Shown piece after piece: positions 38,925 to 48,077 of a DNA stretch of 64,000 nucleotides. How positions within the stretch are numbered: the first letter of the stretch is position 1; each line of letters opens with the position of its first letter. Location: the NCBI GenBank assembly GCA_964537055.1, contig CAZHYV010000004.1, forward strand, positions 112,661 through 176,660. Reading direction: 5' to 3'. A program made the position numbers and the translations under genes. The notes under the pieces were generated by a model that was not told the origin of the DNA, made no database searches, and saw only the letters and a list, made by a program, of their open reading frames with translations. This DNA is from an uncultured Myxococcales bacterium (GTDB lineage Bacteria; Myxococcota_A; Polyangia; Palsa-1104; JAEUJZ01).

Positions 38925-38982
38925 ACAGGCTCAACATAAGCTGCTTGGCAAAAAAGGAAAGGAGAAATACAATGGCTCCAGC

Positions 38983-40653
38983 ATGAAACCTCTCCTCTTT
39001 GCCCATCAAATCCAGGCTTTAGAACAACGATTTTCTTCTGAGACAGGGCTTCCTACGCTTCATTTGATGGAACACGCAGGCTATGCCATTGCCGATTGGA
39101 TTCAAGCGAGGATTCCTCAAAAAGAGAGTTGCCGCATCGTAGTAATCGCAGGCCCGGGAAGCAACGGAGGCGACGGCATGGTGGTGGCCAGGGCCTTACA
39201 TCAGCTGGGTCTCTCTGTACACGTCTTTTTATGCACAGACGCAGCAAGGCTCAAGGGAGATGCCAAGCTTCAATATGAGAAAGCATTAAGCAACCAGGTG
39301 CCTATTGAGCAGGTGCATCAAGCTGAAGATCCATTTCCTTCCCCTGACTCTTCTCAGTCTCTTTTTAGCTGCCTTCATTCGCTGGAATCACAAGATATTC
39401 TCGTCGACGCTTTGTTTGGCATTGGGCTCACTCGGACGCTCGAGGAGCCTTTTACCTCTATCATTCGTGCGATCAATGGAAGCAAAGCTACCAAAATCGC
39501 GGTCGATCTTCCATCGGGATTAATAGCAGATGCAGAAGGGATGAGAACAAAGACAGAAGCAGGAGCAAACATAGAGGAGCCCGGAACAAAGGTAGAAGCC
39601 CTGCGTGCAGAATCGCAGCTTCCGCAAAATGCGACCGAGGAAACCATCGTTCGGGCCGACCATACCTTGACCTTGGGATTCCCCAAGGTGGTCCTTTACA
39701 CTTCTCCAGGTTTTCTTTATGCAGGCCACGTCGAAGTGCTACCCATTGGCATTCCCGCAGGCTGGGCAAACGCCATCGGAAGCACAACGCATCTGTTAGA
39801 TCATTCTTGCCTGGAGAAACTTCGCAAACCCTTGCATCCACTAGCGCATAAGGGAAGCCATGGGCATTTATTCATCGTCGCGGGTTCGACGGGAAAGACA
39901 GGGGCAGCTCTATTATGCGGACAAGGGGCGCTGCAGACGGGTGTGGGTCTTTGCACATTGGCGGTCCCCACTCATCTTCACGACGTCGTGCAGGGAAGGC
40001 TTTACGAAAGCATGACCGCCTCTTATAGCTCGCTTGATGAGCTTCTCGAACTAGGGAGAAACAAAACAGCCTGGGTGATTGGGCCAGGGATCCCTACAGA
40101 GGAGAGGATGCAGGAATGGTTACCAAAGTTGCTTCAGCAAGGAGAGCAGCCCGTGGTGATTGATGCGGATGCCCTCAATCTCTTAGCGGTCCAAGGGGTT
40201 AAGCAGCTTCAGCCTATCGCTAAGCATCGGCCGCTTATTCTCACGCCCCATCCCAAAGAAGCGGCACGGCTCCTTAGAGTCGATACAAACCAGGTCCAGC
40301 AAGATCGAATAGGTGCAGTAAGGAAATTGGTCCATCTTAGTGGTGGGACCGTTGTGCTGAAAGGAGCTCGTACTCTGATCGCAGCTCCAATCGTGGGCTC
40401 TACGGCGGGTGCTGATGCTGTCCAAGTTTGGGTTTGCCCGACTGGGAATCCTGGCATGGCCACCGCTGGCATGGGAGATGTTTTGGCTGGAATGATCGGT
40501 GCTCTTCTAGCCCGAGGCTGGCCCGCTGACGAAGCTGCTTATACAGCGGTTTATGTTCATGGCCTTGCTGGGGACAAGCTCGCAAGCCGCTACCCTGTAG
40601 GCACCCTGCTTCGGGCCTCACAACTGTGTGAGATTTTACCGATGGTGGAGTAA
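38983..40653 (+). CDS. nnr: bifunctional NAD(P)H-hydrate repair enzyme Nnr (YjeF-N epimerase + YjeF-C dehydratase)
   Basis: IVVIAGPGSNGGDGMVVARAL (YjeF-N) and a C-terminal carbohydrate-kinase-like domain (GPGIPT, GDVLAG). The start is taken at the Met downstream of the divergent TopIB start. Confidence 0.85.
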   Translation: MKPLLFAHQIQALEQRFSSETGLPTLHLMEHAGYAIADWIQARIPQKESCRIVVIAGPGSNGGDGMVVARALHQLGLSVHVFLCTDAARLKGDAKLQYEKALSNQVPIEQVHQAEDPFPSPDSSQSLFSCLHSLESQDILVDALFGIGLTRTLEEPFTSIIRAINGSKATKIAVDLPSGLIADAEGMRTKTEAGANIEEPGTKVEALRAESQLPQNATEETIVRADHTLTLGFPKVVLYTSPGFLYAGHVEVLPIGIPAGWANAIGSTTHLLDHSCLEKLRKPLHPLAHKGSHGHLFIVAGSTGKTGAALLCGQGALQTGVGLCTLAVPTHLHDVVQGRLYESMTASYSSLDELLELGRNKTAWVIGPGIPTEERMQEWLPKLLQQGEQPVVIDADALNLLAVQGVKQLQPIAKHRPLILTPHPKEAARLLRVDTNQVQQDRIGAVRKLVHLSGGTVVLKGARTLIAAPIVGSTAGADAVQVWVCPTGNPGMATAGMGDVLAGMIGALLARGWPADEAAYTAVYVHGLAGDKLASRYPVGTLLRASQLCEILPMVE

Positions 40654-40785
40654 CATTCTTATAAGGATTTCACAGAGGTTTACTTATTTATAGGATACTT
40701 CGTTAGTGTTGGTTCTTTCTTCTTCCTTTGTGTGGCATATGCTACTGTTGTATGTCTGTGCCACTAACATTGGCAGGATTTTCTC

Positions 40786-40814
40786 TTGCGAGAATTTCGT
40801 CTATCTGATAAAAG
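40786..40814 (+). promoter_or_regulatory. candidate sigma70-like promoter for tRNA-Ala
   Basis: ttgcga, 17 nt, then taaaag, ending about 18 nt before the tRNA 5' end; the -10 element is weak. Confidence 0.25.
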
Positions 40815-40831
40815 TGGTCTCTCTAAAATTT

Positions 40832-40904
<73 letters not shown>

Positions 40905-40926
40905 TAGAAGATGTGGGAAATCAATG

Positions 40927-42220
40927 TCATTTCTCCTGCGTCTCAAAAAAATTACAAATCAGTTCTGTTTGCGTATTTTCGTATAAAAACCCATTGAAAA
41001 AGGCCCGATAATACTCGTTTTGGTATTTTGCCCTTTCGAGTGGATCTTTTCCTATAAGTTTCCAATCTCTGGAAAAAAGCCGAATAAAATCCTGTCCTGT
41101 TTGCGCGTTGATTCCATCAAAGATAGTTTTCTTTCCATCTTTGATCTTATCCACAAGAACGACTCGCTGATGAGTATGGTTAGCATCAATATAAGAAGAG
41201 AGTATCGCTTGGTTGATATAAGTATCAGCAAACCCGTACCCAATGATGAGCAGCCTACTGTTGTTACGCAAACATCTTCTGAAATATTCGTAATATGTGG
41301 CGAACGGTTCCTGTGCAATTACTCGATTCGATTTCTCTAACCCTGTAATTATTGGAAAATTATATTCGGATCTTCCTGCTTGGGATTGTTGTGCATATCG
41401 AGGAAATCTAAGATCCTTTTGGGAAAAAACTGCGATTTTCATTGAATGGCCAAATGTTTATACTACCATGCAAATGTGCAAGCCTTGGTCTTTCATCTGC
41501 TTCCATAAATAATGAAGGACTAAATATAAACCTATCTTCTATAGGGCGAAAACCACAGTCAATGTAGGATATTACTTCCTCGATACAGGGGTCATAATTT
41601 AATGTGACTATATTAAGTTGAAACTTCGATGCGAGTGTCTCCAGGAACGAACGATATCGAGAGTGTGCTTGAGAAATGTCTATGGGTAATTGCTGGACAC
41701 TATTAAGGACTTTCCTAGAATTTTGATAAATAGAATCTAAAACTTGATGAATGATTTTTGAAATAAGTCTACGAATAAACCATTCTATGTTTTGGGACGG
41801 CGATTCAGGCTCTCCGGAGGATAATTCACTCAAGAAGTCCGCTATTTCCTTATGAAATTCTTTTGTCAAAAAGCCTTCTACAGCGACTATGCCATGATAA
41901 CGAAGTCCGCTGTTTTTAGAGGGATAACTTCTATGGAGTGTTGAAAGAGTTTCTAGAGTATGGATCAGATGTTCAAAATTGATGAGTTCAACTTGCTTAT
42001 TTTTTTCACCAGGAGTAACTTTATATTCATTAGGGAAATCGTCTCGATAGCAGTTCGTCGTAAGCTGTTTAAGTATTTCTAAGAACTCTAGCTCCCGACT
42101 ATCAAACAATTTGTAACTATTACAAAAGATTTCCTTGGTTATGGCAACAGTACCAGGGATTTTCAACAATGTAGAGGCGCCAGCTCCAACAAGGATAGTA
42201 AGTCGTTCTTTTTTACTCAT
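40927..42220 (-). pseudogene. SIR2-like (SIR2_2 family) protein split by a frameshift in an A6 run (plus-strand 41424..41429)
   Basis: The N-terminal ORF (41408..42220) has LTILVGAGAS and a catalytic-His motif HLHGS. The C-terminal ORF (40927..41442) has LLIIGYGFAD. Deleting one T from the minus-strand T6 run joins the two frames directly (..NENRSFSQKDLRFPRYAQQ..), giving a roughly 425-aa protein. Confidence 0.6.
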
Positions 42221-43386
42221 TTGCTTAAATAAACTCTTTCTTCTAATCTATTCCGAGTGCGGTTAAGCTCTTCGACGAGTAACTTTTCGTCTGGAAGTTT
42301 TGTTTTGTATTCACTCGCCAGGACTTTGTTAGTAATCCCTTCTAATGCATAATGAACCACGGCATCTTCTTTCTGGGAACACAGAATTAATCCCACAGGT
42401 GGATTTTCTCCTTCTAGCCTCCAGTGCTCTCGTGCATAGTTTACATAAAGATGCATTTGACCCACGTCTGCATGGGTGAGACGTCCAATTTTCAAATCAA
42501 TGATGACCAGGCAGCGTAATCGTCGGTGAAAGAAGAGCAGATCGATTCGATACCATTCTGACCCTACGCGTAATCGTCTTTGGCGGCCAACAAAGGTAAA
42601 ATCGTTTCCCAGTTCAAGCAAAAAAGCTTCCAAATTTGCAATCAATGCTTCTTCTAACTTGCTCTCTGAATACTCGTCTTTTAGACCTAAAAATTCTAGG
42701 ACAAATGGGTTCTTAATCTCTTCTTCCGGGGTCAAAGCATATTCGGGTTTTGCTGGTGTTTCCTTCTTGAGAAGATTTGCTTTATTCTTAGACAGAAGGG
42801 CCCGCTCATAAAATTGACTATCGATTTGACGCTCTAACTGTCTTACGCTCCACCCACCTCGAAGGGCTTCTGCTTCATAGAAAGCACGGGCTTCTTCTGA
42901 GCGTGTCCGACGAATCAATAAAACGTAATGCGACCACGATAAAGGAAATGGGACCTTCCTATTTTTTCCTTCGACCTTTAATTCCCCAGACACTGTCTGG
43001 GGAATTTGTCGTTGTGCATAAATCGAATAGAATCGTCGAGCGTCTTCCAATCGAGTAATCGAAAACCCTCGACCAAATCTTTCAGTGAGATGATGAGAAA
43101 GATAATGCAGTAATTCCTGACCATACTGCGCCCGTTCTTTTCCCTGTTGTTCTTGCTCGATGATCCGTTTTCCTAAAGACCAATACATCGTTGTCATAAT
43201 GAGATTGACTGAGCGCACAGCGTTCCTTTTCGCTTGCTCGATAAGCCCTACTAAGTCATCTAACATCGTCTTGTAGTCGGATTGCGATACAAGTTTTGCC
43301 TTTGGTAAGAGATTGTCTCTATTCGATCGCTTTTTGTTCTTTGGTAGTGGCATCTTAGACAGGTACAGTAGCGTTTTTTCATCCAA
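42217..43386 (-). CDS. YhcG/DUF1016-family PD-(D/E)XK nuclease
   Basis: 389 aa with PLSWSHYVLLI in the N-domain and a C-terminal PD-(D/E)XK core (RIDLLFFH...VIIDLK...GQMHLYVNY). Its stop overlaps the SIR2-like start (ATGA). Confidence 0.7.
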   Translation of the reverse strand: MDEKTLLYLSKMPLPKNKKRSNRDNLLPKAKLVSQSDYKTMLDDLVGLIEQAKRNAVRSVNLIMTTMYWSLGKRIIEQEQQGKERAQYGQELLHYLSHHLTERFGRGFSITRLEDARRFYSIYAQRQIPQTVSGELKVEGKNRKVPFPLSWSHYVLLIRRTRSEEARAFYEAEALRGGWSVRQLERQIDSQFYERALLSKNKANLLKKETPAKPEYALTPEEEIKNPFVLEFLGLKDEYSESKLEEALIANLEAFLLELGNDFTFVGRQRRLRVGSEWYRIDLLFFHRRLRCLVIIDLKIGRLTHADVGQMHLYVNYAREHWRLEGENPPVGLILCSQKEDAVVHYALEGITNKVLASEYKTKLPDEKLLVEELNRTRNRLEERVYLSK

Positions 43387-43555
43387 GAGGAAAGTGCCGA
43401 GACAAGAATTTATTCAAACAAATGTAGGAGAATGCCAAACCTTACTGCTCCATTTTAACATCAAAGGAGCCAAAAATAGTTTCTTTATTCACGTAAGTAG
43501 TTAAAAGTGCAGAACTTTGTGGAACTGGACAACGATACCATAAAGCTTCTCATCA

Positions 43556-43610
43556 GTAGAGTGTCTGAATGGCATTCAGACGGTCAGGGGTTCGATTCCC
43601 CTCAGCTCCA
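43556..43610 (+). repeat. direct repeat of the 3' 55 nt of tRNA-Ala (att-like islet boundary)
   Basis: gtagagtgtctgaatggcattcagaCggtcaggggttcgattcccctcaGctcca differs from tRNA positions 19-73 at two positions. Confidence 0.8.
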
Positions 43611-43721
43611 TCATTTTGTCTTACCTGTGATAGTTTATACGGTTGCGTTTTTTCTTATGGTACGAATTTCATCTAGCCGTGCATAGTACTCTGCCTGGTA
43701 CTTGCGAAAAGCGTACGACGG

Positions 43722-44339
43722 CTACAGAAGAGGTTGCGTAAGAATTTTTTCTTGAAGGAACATCAAAACAATGAGCAATCTACCAATCCGCCCGTTGCCA
43801 TCTAAAAAGGGGTGTATGATCTCAAACTGGGCGTGAGCCAAACCTGCCTTTATTAATGGAGGTATGTCTTTGTCTTCGTTAATAAACTTCTCTAAATCAC
43901 TCATGAGTGATGAAATTCTTGTTGCTAGGGGAGGAGTGAGATTTTTAACACTCACCTGTTGTTTACGATAAGATCCAGGATCTGCATGGCCCCCTAACTC
44001 TCCCTGCATAAGTTCTCGGTGAGCTGCCAAGATTACTCGCGAACTCACAGGCAGGCTCTTTTCCCCTCTAAGAGATGCCCAGGCGGTATATAAACACCTT
44101 AGGTAATTTGAAACCAGTCGAGTATCGGGATGGCTCTTTTCTAAAGAGCGTTCCTCTTTAAACACATTTTTGATGGTTGTATGAATCCCCTCAATCGCTG
44201 AAGAAAGAACCCCCTCCTTGATCACGTAAGATTTAATAAATTCTCCTAGATGCGGAACTCTAGAGGCTACTTCATTAAGCTGGCCCAACAAGTGCATCGC
44301 CTGGCCATAAAGTGCTATCGTTTCTGTATCGTAGGCCAA
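43722..44339 (-). pseudogene. Fic/Doc-family protein, C-terminally truncated
   Basis: N-terminal inhibitory motif SAIEG and active-site motif HPFLDGNGRIGR. The ORF stops 18 aa after the Fic motif, whereas Fic domains normally continue for more than 80 aa. Confidence 0.6.
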
Positions 44340-44418
44340 CGGAGGGGTTTGAGGGAGAAGGGAATAAATGATTTGAGCTCTGCCAGAACTTCATAACTTC
44401 CGGTCTCACGACGTTTCA

Positions 44419-44506
44419 CCCTATTTCAGTCTTACCGTAAAACCTGAAATAAGCCAGCGCAAACCAGGTCGTTATTTCATTTTTTTAATGAAATCTGAAA
44501 TAGGGG
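44419..44506. repeat. nested inverted-repeat element built from a TATTTCAG/CTGAAATA motif
   Basis: ccctatttcag (44419-29) pairs with ctgaaataggg (44495-505); tatttcag pairs with ctgaaata (44422/44444); atttcat pairs with atgaaat (44475/44490). Confidence 0.4.
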
Positions 44507-44764
44507 TCTTATATTTTCGAGCAAACTCTCACACCTGTGTAACCAGTTGATGACATTGTTCCATAGATACTATATTGGGGGTTCCCTCAAGAATCTTTTA
44601 ATCCCTTTTCTTTTTATCCCCCGCCAAATGATGCTTCTGAAGGCACCTGCCAGGCTTTTCAGGGAGGGTAAATTCGATTTCGTTTTTCTGTAGAAGTGCC
44701 TTAAATAATGTAGCACCCATCTTGAGCATTTGACTCCTTCCCATCCTTGGGCTATTTTTCCTTC

Positions 44765-45523
44765 ATGACAACTTTCCAAAATCAAGTCGCACTTGTCACA
44801 GGAGGAAGCTCAGGAATCGGCAGGGCAACCTGTCTTGCCTTTGCCCGTGAAGGCGCTAGCGTAGTCGTTTCTGACATTTTAGAAGCAGGAGGAACCGAAA
44901 CTGTCGGGCTGATTCGGAAAATAGGAGGAAATGCCATTTTCGTAAAAGCCGATGTTTCAAATTCTAGCGAGGTCCAAAATTTGATTGAGACTACGATCAG
45001 AACCTACGGCCGGCTTGATTGTGCTTTCAATAACGCAGGGATCTCCGGGACGATGGCAACCACCGCAGATTGCACCGAGGAAAACTGGGACAATGTGCTT
45101 GCAGTCAATTTACGAAGCATCTTCCTTTGTATGAAGTACGAACTTCGGCAGATGCTAAAGCAGAAACAAGGCACCATTGTCAATTGTTCCTCAATCGCTG
45201 GACTTGTCGGTTTTGTAGGTTCTCCTGCCTATGTAGCCAGCAAGCATGGCATTGTAGGTCTTACCAAAACAGCGGCGCTGGAGTATGCGACTTCGGGAAT
45301 TCGAGTAAATGCCGTCTGCCCAGGGGTCATTCGTACCCCCATGGTCGAGGCCTATACCAAAGGTCATCCTGAGCTTGAGGCGCAGTTTGTGAACGCAGAG
45401 CCGGTCCATCGGTTGGGCACGCCCGAGGAAATTGCTGAAACCGTCCTGTGGCTCTGTTCGAATGCTGCCTCTTTCATCACTGGACAAGCCCTCGCAGTCG
45501 ATGGAGGTTGGGTCGCCCAGTAG
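44765..45523 (+). CDS. SDR-family NAD(P)-dependent oxidoreductase
   Basis: ALVTGGSSGIGRAT cofactor motif, NNAG, and the catalytic Y..K in PAYVASKHG. Confidence 0.85.
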   Translation: MTTFQNQVALVTGGSSGIGRATCLAFAREGASVVVSDILEAGGTETVGLIRKIGGNAIFVKADVSNSSEVQNLIETTIRTYGRLDCAFNNAGISGTMATTADCTEENWDNVLAVNLRSIFLCMKYELRQMLKQKQGTIVNCSSIAGLVGFVGSPAYVASKHGIVGLTKTAALEYATSGIRVNAVCPGVIRTPMVEAYTKGHPELEAQFVNAEPVHRLGTPEEIAETVLWLCSNAASFITGQALAVDGGWVAQ

Positions 45524-45697
45524 GCATTCCAGTAGGTATCTTTGCATTTCGGGTTTTGACCAGCGATTTTATTGCACCCAGCCCTCCAAGAGCGCTCGAT
45601 TATCTTCTGAGAAGTTCGGCACTTGCTTTCTCTTGGGGGATGTACGCCTTGTCGTTGCCCCTCCTCGTGGTACACCTACTTTAGGGAGGGTACCTCT

Positions 45698-46963
45698 ATG
45701 AAGATCAAATTCTTACACCCTATCCACCGATTCTTACGATGTCTACCTACACTTGTTCTAAGCACAGGAATTGCTGTTTCCTTGACCCAAACGGCATCAG
45801 CAACTCCGTTTTTACGGACAGGAACTTTTTATCCAGATGTTCTTGAAGACGAAAGGATTGTTTGTTCTAACCAAAACACCGTTGGAGCTCTACCCGTTTC
45901 ACAATGTCGCGAGGTCGCCCGCGACTTTTACCGTGAACTTTATTTCCAAGTAAAGAATTTTACCCCGACCGCCGCTTTTGAAGTGATCCAGCCCACCAGC
46001 ATCGAATTTCTTACAGACGGTTCTGGCTTTACCAAGGGCCTTTTTGAAGCGATTCCAGGCTATGTTGGCCTCACCGGCGGGAATCCCTTCAATATCAGTA
46101 TCGAAAATGCTTTTATTTATCAACCCCTTGATGACAAACATGTGGTGTTCTTTGGGGCTCCTCTGTTCACAAACTTTGGGATAAGCCCAGATCAAAAGGC
46201 CTACATCACCAACATCCAGATGACTCTGTACCGACGCATCCATGGGGATGCCTTTGATCCGACCTGCCGCTCTGCACAAAATCCAGGTGGAAATCTTTGC
46301 TGGGCGATTATGGCAGAACTTTGGGCGTACCGGTCTCCTTTAGGTTTTGGCCTCGCTTTGTCGGATGCTCCTATCCCCTCGACTCCGCAGCCGAATACAC
46401 TTCTAAGGAGCGATGATTTTCCAGTTGTGCTTGAACCAGAACGCATCATCTGTGATAGCCAAATTGCGGCGGCTGAGGTAAATGATCCCGCATGGGTGCA
46501 AACCTGTAAAACAGTTGCTCAAGAATTTTACGCTCAATTTCGGTTGGATATGAAAAACATGACGGCCGCAGGAATGTTTGATATGCCCGCAAGCGTTCTT
46601 ATGATTCCAGATGGCTCTGGATACGTGGGTGGGGTACAGACAAAGTCGCTGTATAGTGATATCGTTGATGGACATACGAAAATCATAGATGTCAGAAATG
46701 CCTTTTCTTATAAACCTACCGATCGAGATACAATCCTTGTACTTGGCGCACCCCTTCTTACCATCGCCAAGGAAGATGGTTCTGATGTTCGCTTCTTCCA
46801 TAATGCACAGCTGAGCGTCTACAAAAGGACTCTCGAGGGACTCCACTCCCCCCAAGATTGCCGCTCTGATTCGAACCCGCTTGGCAACGTCTGCTGGAAG
46901 CTGATGAACAAACTATGGATCCCTCAACAAGTGCTGGGCGCAGGGGTTTCTTCTACACCTTAA
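45698..46963 (+). CDS. hypothetical secreted protein made of two tandem homologous roughly 190-aa domains
   Basis: Signal peptide (VLSTGIAVSLTQTASA). Repeat 1 (about aa 50-240) and repeat 2 (about aa 250-440) align throughout, for example ER(I/V)(V/I)C.SQ, (D/E)FY..(L/F), DGSG(F/Y), NAF.Y(Q/K)P, GAPL(F/L)T and NP.GN.CW..M..LW. Confidence 0.5.
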   Translation: MKIKFLHPIHRFLRCLPTLVLSTGIAVSLTQTASATPFLRTGTFYPDVLEDERIVCSNQNTVGALPVSQCREVARDFYRELYFQVKNFTPTAAFEVIQPTSIEFLTDGSGFTKGLFEAIPGYVGLTGGNPFNISIENAFIYQPLDDKHVVFFGAPLFTNFGISPDQKAYITNIQMTLYRRIHGDAFDPTCRSAQNPGGNLCWAIMAELWAYRSPLGFGLALSDAPIPSTPQPNTLLRSDDFPVVLEPERIICDSQIAAAEVNDPAWVQTCKTVAQEFYAQFRLDMKNMTAAGMFDMPASVLMIPDGSGYVGGVQTKSLYSDIVDGHTKIIDVRNAFSYKPTDRDTILVLGAPLLTIAKEDGSDVRFFHNAQLSVYKRTLEGLHSPQDCRSDSNPLGNVCWKLMNKLWIPQQVLGAGVSSTP

Positions 46964-47149
46964 GGAGGCAGGCAACCTACCTCGAAAAATCAACCTAAGA
47001 CAAATCGCGAAGTTGGGGAAGGAGAGCTCTCTTTCAAGGAGGGCCTCTCCTTTCCTTGCTCGTTTATCTGCAGCTGGTGTGACAATCTTGGAGGCATGGC
47101 CGTACCATGAGGATACCGATCTCTCTTGAAAAGCTTAAAATAAAGTGGT

Positions 47150-47725
47150 ATGTCTACTTACATGACAACCATTCATATTAAATCCTATTTTACAAAAACA
47201 ATTCTATTCACCACTTTAATTGCAGGGAGTATTTCCTCACAGGGATGTAGTGAACTTCTTGCCCAAGAAGAACTAGTCGCTGCTGCAGCCACCAGAGTAA
47301 GCCAAGTCGAGGGCGAAGTGGTCGCGATTAACGCTGCTGCAAGAGAAGCTGCTGAGGCTTCCGGGTTGGAATTACCTGCTGTTGACTTCAGCGACCGTGC
47401 TGCTATGGCAATTGATCGACTCTCTGTAGCTCGGGCAGAACAGATTCGAGCATTAGAAGGCTTGGTAGAAACCTCTGGAAGAATAAGAGATTATGCTGCT
47501 ATTGGAGGTGCTGTTGGAGGTGGTGTTGCTCTCGGAGCCACAGGCAAAATCGCATACGATTATGGTTACAATAAAGGTTATCTAACTGCACAAGAGAAAG
47601 CTCAACTTCAGCTGCAATTATGTTCTGAGGCAACTACTAAGTGGGATAAGGCTCTTAAAGATGGCGAATCTAATGCAGAGGCACTAGGCCAAAGGGCACA
47701 ACAGCTTTGCAAACCCCAAGAGTAG
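47150..47725 (+). CDS. hypothetical secreted protein (Ala-rich, predicted helical)
   Basis: 191-aa ORF with a signal-like N-terminus; no family. Confidence 0.35.
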   Translation: MSTYMTTIHIKSYFTKTILFTTLIAGSISSQGCSELLAQEELVAAAATRVSQVEGEVVAINAAAREAAEASGLELPAVDFSDRAAMAIDRLSVARAEQIRALEGLVETSGRIRDYAAIGGAVGGGVALGATGKIAYDYGYNKGYLTAQEKAQLQLQLCSEATTKWDKALKDGESNAEALGQRAQQLCKPQE

Positions 47726-48077
47726 TCCCATCACAATGTTAGACATCCCTCAATAAAACAGCTTCCCCTTCCTTTCTATAGTTAATATCAATTTCCCATC
47801 CAGTTGTTCTTTCTTGAACACAACTACCTTCTTGCAGTAACGCCTTACTACTATCAACTCGCTTCACGTAAACGACGAGCAGAAGAATGATTCATCGCTC
47901 TATTTCGCCCATATACAATAGGTCTTATATTTTTGAGGGCTGCATAGGGACAGGCCAGGTCTAAATTAGCTCGTAAAGGAATCAATGCTAAGAATTATAT
48001 GATTTTGGAAAGAAGGGCTAACGATAGAATCGGAAGATCAGACACAGAAGATGCTTTTTCAAGAAACAGAGGCTTTC

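Larger units (their letters stand above)
40905..43610. mobile_element. tRNA-Ala-associated genomic islet carrying nuclease and SIR2-like genes, with no integrase detectable
   Basis: It is bounded by the intact tRNA-Ala and a 55-nt direct repeat of the tRNA 3' end at 43556..43610 (53/55 identity). The interior is AT-rich with genes on the opposite strand. Confidence 0.6.

Noticed and set aside
38905-38982. Upstream extension of the nnr ORF overlapping the TopIB start
   Set aside because: The extension (MGAGAFIQAQHKLLGKKGKEKYNGSS) overlaps the divergent TopIB gene by 20 nt. The downstream Met aligns with the usual Nnr N-terminus.
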